From the NCBI GenBank assembly GCA_051876105.1, contig JBJEHN010000097.1, positions 1 to 62,455 of the forward strand: 62,455 bases of DNA, written 5' to 3'. Below, one piece after another: positions 19,528 through 28,875 of this stretch (positions within the stretch are counted from its first letter, which is position 1; every line of letters starts with the position of its first letter). Both the position numbers and the translations under genes were made by a program. Source of the DNA: Coriobacteriales bacterium. GTDB taxonomy: Bacteria > Actinomycetota > Coriobacteriia > Coriobacteriales > QAMH01. The notes under the pieces were generated by a model. That model did no database searches, was not told where the DNA came from, and saw only the letters and a program-made list of their open reading frames with translations.

Positions 19528-21476
19528 TGCCGAGGCGCAGCAGGCCCCGCAACAACGCCAAGGGGCGCGGCCATTCCAGCCGCCTGCAGGGCAACTGCCC
19601 CCTGGGGGTCATCGACATCGCGCGCGAGGGCTACGGCTTCGTCGAGACCGAGGAGGGGGTCTTCTACATTCCCGCTAACCGGACGGGCGGCGCCATGAAC
19701 GGCGACACGGTGGAGGTCCGCCCCCGCAGCTCACGCCATCAGGCCGGCCAGCGCCGCGAGGCCGTGGTCGTGCGCGTCCACAGGCGCGCCACCGAGTACG
19801 TGGTGGGCGTGGTGGAGGTCTGCGACCCGCTTGCGGCCGTTGTCCCCCAGGACCCGCGCATCCAGCACGACGTCTTCATCGACTTGAGGCAGTCGCCCCA
19901 GGTCAAGAATGGTGACATGGTGCTTGCGCGCATCACCGGCTACCCCAGCCGCAGCGCTGCGGCGACGGGCTACGTCGTCGAGGTGCTCGGCGCGAGCGAC
20001 CAGCCGGGCATCGACGTCGACGCCATCATCCACGAGCACGGGCTGGCAACCGCGTTCTCGCCCCAGGCGCTTGAGCAGGCCCGCAGCCTCGACGCCGCCA
20101 TCCCCGCCGCCCTGGAGGAGCCCTCGCGCCACGACCTGCGCAGCCGCGAGGTATTCACCATCGACCCGGCAGACGCGCGCGACTTCGACGATGCGATCAG
20201 CATCGACGAGGTCGGTGGGCTCACGCGCCTGGGCGTGCACATCGCCGACGTCTCGAGCTACGTGGAGTGGGATAGCAGCATCGACATCTGCGCTCGCGAC
20301 CGCGCGACCAGCGTCTACCTCGTCGACCGCGTGCTGCCCATGCTCCCCGAGGAGCTGAGCTGCGACATCTGCAGCCTGCGCCCCGGGGTCGAGCGCCGCG
20401 CCCTCACTTGCGACATGCACTTCGACGCCAGCGGTGTCCTGCGCCGCTACCAGATTTTCCCCAGCGTGATACGCAGCCGCCGCCGCTTCACCTACGGGCA
20501 GGCCCAGGAGCTGCTCGACGCCATGGGGCAGGGCGCGCGCCCCACCGAGCTGGGCGAGCCCCTGGCCGGCAAGCTCTGGGCGCTGCATCAGCTGGCGGGC
20601 AAGCTGCTCGCCCTGCGCGAGCAGCGCGGGTCGCTCGACTTCGACAACCCAGAGGCCAAGCCGGTGCTCGACGAGGAGGGCCGCCCCCTGCGCATCGACC
20701 TGCGGGTGAAGAACGACGCCACATCGATGATCGAGGAGGCGATGATCGCCGCCAACGAGTGCGTGGCCGCCCACCTGCACCGCAAGCAGCTCCCCTGCGT
20801 CTTCCGCATCCACGAGAGCCCGGGCCCCAAGGCGCTCGAGGGCCTCCTGCCCGTGCTCAGGGAGCTGGGCTACAGCACGGCGGGGCTGGCAGCGGGCGAG
20901 ACGGCCGCCTACCAGCGCCTGCTGGCGGAGGCGCGCCTGCGCCCGGACGGCCAGCTGGTGGACAGCATGGTCCTGAGGAGCATGGAGCGCGCCCGCTACA
21001 GCGTGCAGCCGCTGCCGCACTTCGGCCTTGCGAGCAGCTGCTACTGCCACTTCACCAGCCCCATCAGGCGCTACCCCGACCTCATGGTCCACCGCCTGCT
21101 CAAGGACCCGAGCGCGATGGAGGGGCAGCTCGAGTGGCTGGCCGAGCATGCGAGCAAGATGGAGCGCGCGGCGGAGGGAGCCGAGCGCGACAGCGTCAAT
21201 CTCAAGATCTGCCAGTTCATGGCGGGCAAAGTGGGGGAGCGCTTCGAGGCGACCATCGCCGCTGTGCACGCATATGGCTTCATGGTGAGGCTCGACAACA
21301 CGGCCGAGGGCTTCGTGCGCTTCGACCCGGTGAGGCACGAGTACTGCCAGTTCGACCCCAAGCTTCAGACGCTCATGGGCGAGGAGACGGGGCGCACCTA
21401 CCGGCTGGGCCAGCGCGTCAAGGTGACCCTGGCACGGGTCGACCTGCGCGACCAGACCCTGGACTTCGAGCTCTAG
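19527..21476 (+). CDS. rnr: Ribonuclease R (RNB family)
   Basis: Cold-shock domain GYGFV, FTIDPADARDFDDA, HIADVS, IEEAMIAANE, HFTSPIRRYPDL, C-terminal S1 domain. Confidence 0.9.
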   Translation: MPRRSRPRNNAKGRGHSSRLQGNCPLGVIDIAREGYGFVETEEGVFYIPANRTGGAMNGDTVEVRPRSSRHQAGQRREAVVVRVHRRATEYVVGVVEVCDPLAAVVPQDPRIQHDVFIDLRQSPQVKNGDMVLARITGYPSRSAAATGYVVEVLGASDQPGIDVDAIIHEHGLATAFSPQALEQARSLDAAIPAALEEPSRHDLRSREVFTIDPADARDFDDAISIDEVGGLTRLGVHIADVSSYVEWDSSIDICARDRATSVYLVDRVLPMLPEELSCDICSLRPGVERRALTCDMHFDASGVLRRYQIFPSVIRSRRRFTYGQAQELLDAMGQGARPTELGEPLAGKLWALHQLAGKLLALREQRGSLDFDNPEAKPVLDEEGRPLRIDLRVKNDATSMIEEAMIAANECVAAHLHRKQLPCVFRIHESPGPKALEGLLPVLRELGYSTAGLAAGETAAYQRLLAEARLRPDGQLVDSMVLRSMERARYSVQPLPHFGLASSCYCHFTSPIRRYPDLMVHRLLKDPSAMEGQLEWLAEHASKMERAAEGAERDSVNLKICQFMAGKVGERFEATIAAVHAYGFMVRLDNTAEGFVRFDPVRHEYCQFDPKLQTLMGEETGRTYRLGQRVKVTLARVDLRDQTLDFEL

Positions 21477-21595
21477 GCGCGCCCGGGCAGCACCGCTACC
21501 TTGCGCATGTTGTGGAGGAATCCCGCAGGGCGCAAGCGAGGTGCTACCCTGTCAGGGTTGCAAACGAGAAGATCAGCGAAGGAAGCACTCCGAGC

Positions 21596-22855
21596 ATGAA
21601 CTTGAACCCCGCTATCGTCATCCCGACCTACTGGTGCGGGCGCCGCGGAGCCGGCAGCTCTGCGGGCAGCCCCGTCTACGACTACGTCACACCCATCGAC
21701 CAGCCCGGCAACCTCGCCCGCTGCCTCGACTCGCTCCAGCGCGTCGAGGGCCTGGGGAGGGTCATCGTCTTGGTCGCCGCCGAGCCCGGCACCGAGAACC
21801 AGGCGGCGGAGAAGGTGCGCGACATCCTGAGCCGCTACCCCCGCATGGAGCTCGCCATGGTCTCCGCTCCCGAGCAGCGCCACGTCCACCGCCGCATGGA
21901 GCAGATCGGCCTGGGCGCTCTGGCGAGCTGCGCGAGCCTGACCGGTTACGGCGCCGTCAAGAACCTGGGCATCTTGGCTGCGTCGATCTTCGGGCACGAC
22001 ACCGTTGTCTTCCTCGACGACGACGTCATCGTCGACAGGCCGGACTTCCTCGAGCGCGCGCTCTACGGCATCGGCGCGCAGACGCCCTCCGGCAGCATCG
22101 TCACCGCCAAGACCGGCTACTTCTACGACGAGGCCGGCCAGAGGCTCCCCCAGCCGGAGAAGCGCTGGTACCGCAGGGGCTGGAGCAAGTCCCGCGAGCT
22201 GGCCGCCTACCTCAAGCCCGCCCTGGAGGGCCCGCGCCTCTCGCGTGCCAACACGGCCGCGGGCAGCTGCATGGTGCTGCACGCGGAGACCTTCGGCAGC
22301 GTGAGCTTCGACCCCTGGATCACGAGGGGCGAGGACCTCGACTACGTGCTCAGCTGCCGCATGTACCACCAGGACATCTGGCTCGACAACAAACTCGGCG
22401 TGCAGCGCATGCCCCGCGAGCGCCGCGACACGGCGGCTAACTTCGAGCAGGACGTGGTGCGCTGGTTCTACCAGAGCCGCAAGGTCGAGTTCGCCAAGGC
22501 GCAGATCGACCTCATGCGCGTCGAGCCCCACACCATGGAGCCCTACCCGGGCAAGTGGCTCACTCACAAGGTCGACCGGCAGGCCCTGCTCACCGCCCTG
22601 GCAAGCGCTGTGGGCGCACCCGAGCACGGCGAGTACCTCGGCATTGCCTTCGCCGGCCGCCGAGCCGCTTCCGAGTACGCGCGCGACAACTGCAGCCGCT
22701 ACTTCGAGTTCCAACGCCAGTGGCCAACGCTGGTGCGCGGGCTGTGGAACTGCATCCCGCTGGCAACGCAGCTCTCCGGCGCGCGCCAGGTGGGCAGCGT
22801 CAACCCCGCTTTCACGGGCCGCTTCAGCGCGGTGGCCGCAGACGGCGCGGAGTAG
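21596..22855 (+). CDS. Glycosyltransferase family 2-like (GT-A fold) protein
   Basis: IVIPT start, GYGAVKN, VVFLDDD (DxD), RGEDLDY. Confidence 0.7.
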   Translation: MNLNPAIVIPTYWCGRRGAGSSAGSPVYDYVTPIDQPGNLARCLDSLQRVEGLGRVIVLVAAEPGTENQAAEKVRDILSRYPRMELAMVSAPEQRHVHRRMEQIGLGALASCASLTGYGAVKNLGILAASIFGHDTVVFLDDDVIVDRPDFLERALYGIGAQTPSGSIVTAKTGYFYDEAGQRLPQPEKRWYRRGWSKSRELAAYLKPALEGPRLSRANTAAGSCMVLHAETFGSVSFDPWITRGEDLDYVLSCRMYHQDIWLDNKLGVQRMPRERRDTAANFEQDVVRWFYQSRKVEFAKAQIDLMRVEPHTMEPYPGKWLTHKVDRQALLTALASAVGAPEHGEYLGIAFAGRRAASEYARDNCSRYFEFQRQWPTLVRGLWNCIPLATQLSGARQVGSVNPAFTGRFSAVAADGAE

Positions 22856-22951
22856 CGCGGGCTTGCCTGAGGGGAGTACACTGCAGGGAGCGAGGCACAT
22901 GCCCCGCTCCTTTCATTTTGCTTGAGAGCCCTAGCGCAGAGGGGAGTCACC

Positions 22952-24301
22952 GTGGACAGGGATCCCAAGAAGCTCGTCGGGGTAGGGGTGATGCTCGTCT
23001 CCTACGCCGTCTTCAGCGTGGTTGCCATCTACAGCGTCTTCTTCTCCAGCGGGGCCGCGTCGCCTGCCGTGGGGGTCGCTGCCATCATCGCCATGGCGAT
23101 CATGAGCCTGGTTGCCCTGGTGGTCTCAGGCCAGGACATCCACGTGAGGGCCAATACCAACAACCGCACCCTGCGCCTGGCGAGCGAGACGGTCACCTTC
23201 ATGAGGCAGGGCCTGAGCCAGGAGTCCGCCCAGGCCGTGTGCGACCTGCTCCTCACCGCCGTCACCGCCTGCAGCGTGGCCATCACGGACCGTGACGTCA
23301 TCCTGGGCTTCTCCGGCGTCGACCGCAAGAACCACGAGCAGGGGACCCCCATCCAGACGGTGGTCACGGTCGAGACTCTCGAAGACGGCCAGACCCGCGT
23401 GGTCGAGACCGCCAACGCCCTGGGCTTCAAGGGCGACGGAGCCAAGATCAAGGGGGCTATCATCGTGCCCCTGGTGGTGAGGGAGAACATCGTCGGCACG
23501 CTCAAGTTCTACTACACCTCCGCCGCGCGCATGGACGAGGACCAGCTCGCCATGGCCGAGGGCTTTGCGCAGCTGCTCTCCACCCAGCTCTCGCTCAGCT
23601 ACCTGGAGCAGCAGGCCGAGCTCGCCGCCCGCATGGAGCTCAAGGCCCTGCAGGCCCAGATCAACCCGCACTTCCTCTTCAACACCATCAACACCATCGC
23701 CAGCTACACCCGCACCGACCCCAACAAGGCACGCACCATGCTGAGGGAGTTCGCGGTGTACTACCGCCGCCTGCTCGAGAACAGCGAGGATCTCATCCCC
23801 CTCAGCAGCGAGATAGAGCAGACAGAGCGCTACCTCATGTTCCAGCGCGCGCGCTTCGGCGAGGACTCGGTGATCATGGAGATCAACCAGGAGGACGAGC
23901 TCGGCGAGCTGCGCGTGCCCGCCTTCATCCTCCAGCCCCTCGTGGAAAACGCCGTGGGCCATGGCCGCCGCCCCGATGGCAGCACCCTGCACATCGTGGT
24001 CACGGTTGAGCGCCAAGGCGACGACGCGGTCATCAGCGTCGCCGACGACGGGGTCGGCATCGCCCCGGAGCGCCTGGCGACGGTCATCGACGGCGGTTCC
24101 AAGACGGGCATGGGCATCGCCCTCAAGAACGTCAACGCGCGCCTCAAGGGCTACTTCGGCAGCTTGAGCGGCCTTGTGATCCAGAGCGTGGAGGGGGAGG
24201 GGACCACCGCGGTGCTCAACCTCTGCGGTGCGCTCGTCAAGGAGGACGGCGAGGCCGAGGAGCTCACGGTCGACACCCTGGGCTCGCTGCTCGGGCGCTA
24301 G
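22952..24301 (+). CDS. LytS/YehU-family sensor histidine kinase (2 TM, GAF-like domain, kinase domain)
   Basis: LKALQAQINPHFLFNTINTI, ILQPLVENAV.HG, DDGVG, GMGIALKNV; GTG start after GGGGAG. Confidence 0.9.
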   Translation: MDRDPKKLVGVGVMLVSYAVFSVVAIYSVFFSSGAASPAVGVAAIIAMAIMSLVALVVSGQDIHVRANTNNRTLRLASETVTFMRQGLSQESAQAVCDLLLTAVTACSVAITDRDVILGFSGVDRKNHEQGTPIQTVVTVETLEDGQTRVVETANALGFKGDGAKIKGAIIVPLVVRENIVGTLKFYYTSAARMDEDQLAMAEGFAQLLSTQLSLSYLEQQAELAARMELKALQAQINPHFLFNTINTIASYTRTDPNKARTMLREFAVYYRRLLENSEDLIPLSSEIEQTERYLMFQRARFGEDSVIMEINQEDELGELRVPAFILQPLVENAVGHGRRPDGSTLHIVVTVERQGDDAVISVADDGVGIAPERLATVIDGGSKTGMGIALKNVNARLKGYFGSLSGLVIQSVEGEGTTAVLNLCGALVKEDGEAEELTVDTLGSLLGR

Positions 24302-24455
24302 GGGCGCCTGCAGCGGGGTGCGCTCTCCCGGCTGCGGCGGGCAGACGTTGCCTTTTCGTTTTTTCAAAACAGCTTTCGGCTCGCGCCAAAGCTGGAAAGA
24401 GCCCTCGCAGGTGTTATCATCGAATGCACGTATGGAAGTATGAATGGAGGCGAAC

Positions 24456-25169
24456 ATGCTGCGCGCGATCATCGTCGATGACGAGGCCCCGGCCCGTTCC
24501 GAGCTCAGGTTCCTGCTGGACGAGACCGGCAAGGTCGACGTCGTGGCAGAGGCCGCCAACGTTCGCGAGGCAATCGAGAAGCTCAAGGACCTTGGTGCAG
24601 ACATCATGTTCCTCGACGTGAACATGCCCGGCACAGACGGCCTTCAGCTTGCAGAGGCCCTCACCCATCTCAAGTACCCGCCGTATGTGATCTTCGTCAC
24701 TGCGTACAGCGAGCACGCCGTCAAGGCCTTCGACGTCAACGCCACGGACTACCTGGTCAAACCCGTCGAGACAGACCGCCTCAACCAGGCCATCGCCAAG
24801 GTCCTGCAGCACATCGGCGGCCAGGGCCACGGCAGCACCGGCGAGCGCATCCCTGTGGAGAAGGGCGGCAAGAAGCTCCTCATCCCCACAGACAAGATCC
24901 ACTTCATCATGGCCAAGGACGACTACTCCTACCTCCACACGGACTCAGACCGCTACCTCTCCACGGTGAGCCTGGCCCAGCTCGAGGCAAAGCTCGAGCC
25001 CCTGGGCTTCTTCCGCGTGCATCGCCGCTACCTGGTCAACCTCTCCTGCATCCGCGAGGTCGACCCGGTCTCCGGCGGCACCCTGCTCCTCACCCTGCAG
25101 GGCGAGGAGGAGCAGATCCCCGTCTCGCGTCGCCGCGTCGCCTCGCTCAAGAAGGCGCTGGGGCTCTAG
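24456..25169 (+). CDS. LytTR-family response regulator
   Basis: IVDDE, FLDVNMP, FVTAY, DYLVKP receiver motifs; FFRVHRRYLVN and IPVSRR LytTR motifs; separate TGnTATCAT promoter upstream. Confidence 0.93.
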   Translation: MLRAIIVDDEAPARSELRFLLDETGKVDVVAEAANVREAIEKLKDLGADIMFLDVNMPGTDGLQLAEALTHLKYPPYVIFVTAYSEHAVKAFDVNATDYLVKPVETDRLNQAIAKVLQHIGGQGHGSTGERIPVEKGGKKLLIPTDKIHFIMAKDDYSYLHTDSDRYLSTVSLAQLEAKLEPLGFFRVHRRYLVNLSCIREVDPVSGGTLLLTLQGEEEQIPVSRRRVASLKKALGL

Positions 25170-25191
25170 GGGCTCAACGCACATGACACTC

Positions 25192-25234
25192 CTGCGGGGG
25201 CGGCTGGCTCGGGCTGGCCGCCCCCGCAGTGTTT
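25192..25234 (+). terminator. Probable terminator hairpin
   Basis: Long GC-rich stem with TGTTT tail after the response regulator. Confidence 0.55.
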
Positions 25235-25347
25235 CCCGGGGTGCTTTGCGCGGCGGCATGCGCCCTGCCCGCCGCCTGCGAAATATGCTTGAAACCTTTG
25301 GCTAGTACCGTGATGCCGTAAAGCCCCTGCTAGACAAAGGAACCGCC

Positions 25348-26964
25348 TTGGACGCCGCCATCCAGCCCGACCTGCCCGCCTGCGCTTGCTGTGACCTGCT
25401 CGGAGACGAGCACGACCGCCCCGAGGAGGAGTGCGCGGTCTTCGGTATCTACGCCCCTGGCAAGGACGTGGGGCGCATGACCTACTTCGGCCTGCAGGCG
25501 CTGCAGCACCGCGGCCAGGAGAGCGCGGGCATCGCCGTGGGAGACCATCACTCCGTCACCATCAACAAAGACCTCGGGCTCGTGACCCAGGTGTTCAAGG
25601 AGGGCGACTTCGCCGCGCTCACCGGCCATGTGGCCATCGGGCACGCGCGCTACTCCACCAGCGGCGGCGCCGGCAGCTGGGAGGCCGCCCAGCCCCACCT
25701 CTCCGCCATCAACGACGAGATCATTGCCCTGGCCCACAACGGCACCCTGGTCAACACCGGTCACCTGCGCGTGGAGCTCGTCGAGCGCGGCATCGGGTTC
25801 CGCAGCGCCACAGACAGCGAGGTTGCGGCAAAGCTGATCGGCTACTTCACGCAGGAGAGCCACCACATGCGCGAGGGCATACGCCGCACCATGGAGCTGA
25901 TCGAGGGCGCCTACGCCATGGTGCTCATCACCCGCGACTGCCTCTACGCCTTCCGCGATCCCAACGGGATCCGCCCGCTGGTGCTGGGCGCGCTTGCGGA
26001 CGGGAGCGGCTACGTGGTGGCCAGCGAGACCTGCGCGCTCGACATCGTGGGGGCGCGCTACGTGCGAGACATCGCCCCCGGCGAGGTGCTGCGCATCAGT
26101 GAGAGCGGCCTTGCCAGCGAGCAGGCCGTCCCCCCGCGGGTCAAGGCGAACTGCATCTTCGAGCACGTCTACTTCGCCCGCCCGGACAGCGTCATGGACG
26201 GCGCGACCGTCTACCAGTCGCGCGTGTGGATGGGTCGCAGGCTCGCCCAAGAGGCCCCGGCAGACGCCGACATCTGCATCGGCGTGCCCGACAGCGGCAT
26301 CCCTGGGGCCATCGGCTACTCGCGCGAGAGCGGCATCCCCTACAGCGAGGGCATCGTCAAGAACCGCTACGTGGGCAGGACCTTCATCCAGCCCACGCAG
26401 GAGCTGCGCAACATGGGCATCCGCCTCAAGCTCAACCCCATGCCCTCATCCATCGCGGGGCGCAAGGTGGTCGTCATCGACGACAGCATCGTGCGCGGCA
26501 ACACCTCCCGCCAGCTGGTGCAGATGCTGCGCGATGCAGGCGCCACCGAGGTGCACATGCGCATCGTGAGCCCCGAGGTCAAGTGGCCGTGCTTCTACGG
26601 CATCGACACAGACCGCCAGCAGCAGCTCATCAGCGCCAACAAGAGCACAGACGAGGTCTGCGCGTTCATCGGTGCGGACAGCCTGGCGTTCCTGAGCCTC
26701 GAGGGCCTCATCGAGTCCGTGGGCATGAGGGGCGCGGAGGGCGGCGCAGTGCTCAACCCCGGCACGCGCGGCATCCCCGTCAACACCTGGCAGCAGGACG
26801 ACTACAGCGACGCGGGCTTCTGCACAGCCTGTTTCAACGGCGTCTACCCGGTCAAGATCCCCGAGTCGATGTGGGAGGGCAACTTCTTGGACGTGGAGCA
26901 GGGCCCGGCACGCAACGGCGTGGGGCGCCGGTGTGGGGGGCACAAGACCCTTGGGGAGGCTTAA
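25348..26964 (+). CDS. purF: Amidophosphoribosyltransferase (propeptide, Fe-S type)
   Basis: EEC cleavage site, LQHRGQE, HNG, CIFE..YFARPDS, VVIDDSIVRGNT, PCFYGID, CTAC; TTG start after AAAGGA. Confidence 0.96.
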   Translation: MDAAIQPDLPACACCDLLGDEHDRPEEECAVFGIYAPGKDVGRMTYFGLQALQHRGQESAGIAVGDHHSVTINKDLGLVTQVFKEGDFAALTGHVAIGHARYSTSGGAGSWEAAQPHLSAINDEIIALAHNGTLVNTGHLRVELVERGIGFRSATDSEVAAKLIGYFTQESHHMREGIRRTMELIEGAYAMVLITRDCLYAFRDPNGIRPLVLGALADGSGYVVASETCALDIVGARYVRDIAPGEVLRISESGLASEQAVPPRVKANCIFEHVYFARPDSVMDGATVYQSRVWMGRRLAQEAPADADICIGVPDSGIPGAIGYSRESGIPYSEGIVKNRYVGRTFIQPTQELRNMGIRLKLNPMPSSIAGRKVVVIDDSIVRGNTSRQLVQMLRDAGATEVHMRIVSPEVKWPCFYGIDTDRQQQLISANKSTDEVCAFIGADSLAFLSLEGLIESVGMRGAEGGAVLNPGTRGIPVNTWQQDDYSDAGFCTACFNGVYPVKIPESMWEGNFLDVEQGPARNGVGRRCGGHKTLGEA

Positions 26965-27069
26965 GCCCAGCTCCCGCCACAAGCGGCTCACTAACGGGCA
27001 TAATGTCAGACAGCGCTTTTTTGACGAGGAGCGGGCCTTTGTGCGCCCGTTTGAACGAGAGGAGCAGAC

Positions 27070-28119
27070 ATGGCCGACGAGCAGATCACCTACAAGGACG
27101 CCGGCGTCGACATCGATGAGGGTGCGCGAGCCGTTCAGGCCATCCGCGGCGCTGTGCAGAGCACCTACCGCCCCGAGGTCATCGGCGACATCGGCGGCTT
27201 CGGCGGCCTCTTCAGCGCGGCCGCCTTCAAGGGCATGGAAGACCCCATCATGGTCTCCGGCACAGACGGCGTGGGCACCAAGCTACAGCTCGCCCAGATG
27301 ATCGGCAGGCATGACAGCTGCGGCATCGACTTGGTGGCCATGTGCGTCAACGACGTCCTCGCCTGCGGCGCCGAGCCCCTCTTCTTCCTGGACTACGTGG
27401 CCATCGGCAAGCTCAAAGCAGAGCAGATGGCTCAGATCGTGGGCGGCATCGCAGAGGGCTGCAAGCAGGCCAACTGCTCGCTCATCGGCGGGGAGATCGC
27501 CGAGCACCCCGGTGTCATGCCCGCGGACGACTACGACCTCTCCGGCTTCTGCGTGGGCGTCGTCGACCGCCCCAAGATGATCGGTCCGGACCTGGTCGAG
27601 GAGGGCGACGTCGTTTTGGGCCTGGCCTCCACCGGCATCCACTCCAACGGCTTCTCGCTGGTGCGCCGCGCCGTGACCGAGCGCAAGAGCCTCGAGGAGC
27701 TCACCGCCCCCTGCAGCGAGCTGGGAGGCACCTCCGTCATGGACGCCCTGCTCGCCCCCACCCGCATCTACGTCAAGAGCATCGTCAACCTGCTCAAGAA
27801 GGGCCTGCCCGTCCACGCGGTGGCCCACATCACCGGAGGCGGCATCACAGAGAACCTCGACCGCGCCCTGCCCAAGACCCTCGACGCCCAAGTCGAGCTG
27901 GGCAGCTGGCCGGTGCTCCCTATCATCCAGTACGTCATCGACGCAGCCGGCCTCAGCCAGGAGCAGGCGCTCAAGACCTTCAACATGGGCATCGGCATGT
28001 GCGTCATCTGCAAGCCTCAGGACGCGGCCGCCATCCAGGCCGAGCTCGAGGCAACCGGCGAGAAGGTCTACGCCGTGGGCACCGTCATCGCCGGCGAGGG
28101 AAAGGTCGTGTACAAGTAA
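27070..28119 (+). CDS. purM: Phosphoribosylformylglycinamidine cyclo-ligase
   Basis: TYKDAGVD, GGFGG, TDGVGTK, DLVAMCVND, HSNGFSL, HITGGG, TFNMGIG. Confidence 0.98.
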   Translation: MADEQITYKDAGVDIDEGARAVQAIRGAVQSTYRPEVIGDIGGFGGLFSAAAFKGMEDPIMVSGTDGVGTKLQLAQMIGRHDSCGIDLVAMCVNDVLACGAEPLFFLDYVAIGKLKAEQMAQIVGGIAEGCKQANCSLIGGEIAEHPGVMPADDYDLSGFCVGVVDRPKMIGPDLVEEGDVVLGLASTGIHSNGFSLVRRAVTERKSLEELTAPCSELGGTSVMDALLAPTRIYVKSIVNLLKKGLPVHAVAHITGGGITENLDRALPKTLDAQVELGSWPVLPIIQYVIDAAGLSQEQALKTFNMGIGMCVICKPQDAAAIQAELEATGEKVYAVGTVIAGEGKVVYK

Positions 28120-28742
28120 TGCGCGACCTCAACACACCCCTCAACATCGCCGTCCTCATCTCCGGCACCGGCTCCAACATGGTTGCCATCGCGGAGGCTA
28201 TTCAAGAGGGCCAGCTCAACGCCAAGATCTCCTACGTGGTTGCCAGCAACCCCCGCGCCAAGGGCATCGCCAAGGCGCAGGAGATGGGGCTGGACACCAT
28301 GGTCTTCACCCCAGACGACTACGCCAAGAGCACTGCAGACGTCGAGCGCGCCATGGTGCGCAACTTCCGCAACGCTGGCGTGGACTACGTGATCATGGCG
28401 GGCTACATGCGCAAGTGCACGGGCACGCTGCTGCTGGCCTATCCCAACCGCGTCGTCAACCTGCACCCCGCCCTGCTACCCAAGCACAAGGGCGCGCACG
28501 CCATCCAAGACGCCTTCGAGGCGGGCGACGAGGTCACCGGCATCACCATCCACCTGGCCAACATGGAGTACGACGAGGGCCCCATCATCTACCAGCGCGA
28601 GGTCCCCGTTCTGCCGGGCGACAGCCTCGAGGACCTCGAGACCCGCATCCACGCCGCAGAGCACGAGGCCTACCCCTGGGTCATCCAGAAGCTCGCCCAA
28701 GACAAGGTCCACCTCTACGGCGACCACTGCGTCATCGACTAG
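28119..28742 (+). CDS. purN: Phosphoribosylglycinamide formyltransferase
   Basis: AVLISGTGSN, AGYM, NLHPALLP, G.TIH, D.GPII; TAATG coupling to purM. Confidence 0.95.
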   Translation: MRDLNTPLNIAVLISGTGSNMVAIAEAIQEGQLNAKISYVVASNPRAKGIAKAQEMGLDTMVFTPDDYAKSTADVERAMVRNFRNAGVDYVIMAGYMRKCTGTLLLAYPNRVVNLHPALLPKHKGAHAIQDAFEAGDEVTGITIHLANMEYDEGPIIYQREVPVLPGDSLEDLETRIHAAEHEAYPWVIQKLAQDKVHLYGDHCVID

Positions 28743-28875
28743 ACCGGCTCGCCCGGCGCACGCTGCGCGGCCCTGCCCCCGCAGACGAGCAGCGGGGCAG
28801 GGCCGCGCAGCTGAGGGCCGCGGGCCGGCTTGCCATTCAACCGTCAACGCACGAACACGAGGAGATGCAACACCC

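Noticed and set aside
26965..27069. ZTP (pfl) riboswitch before purM
   Set aside because: Two small hairpins only; no GCGACUGGCG or CGCCUGGG consensus
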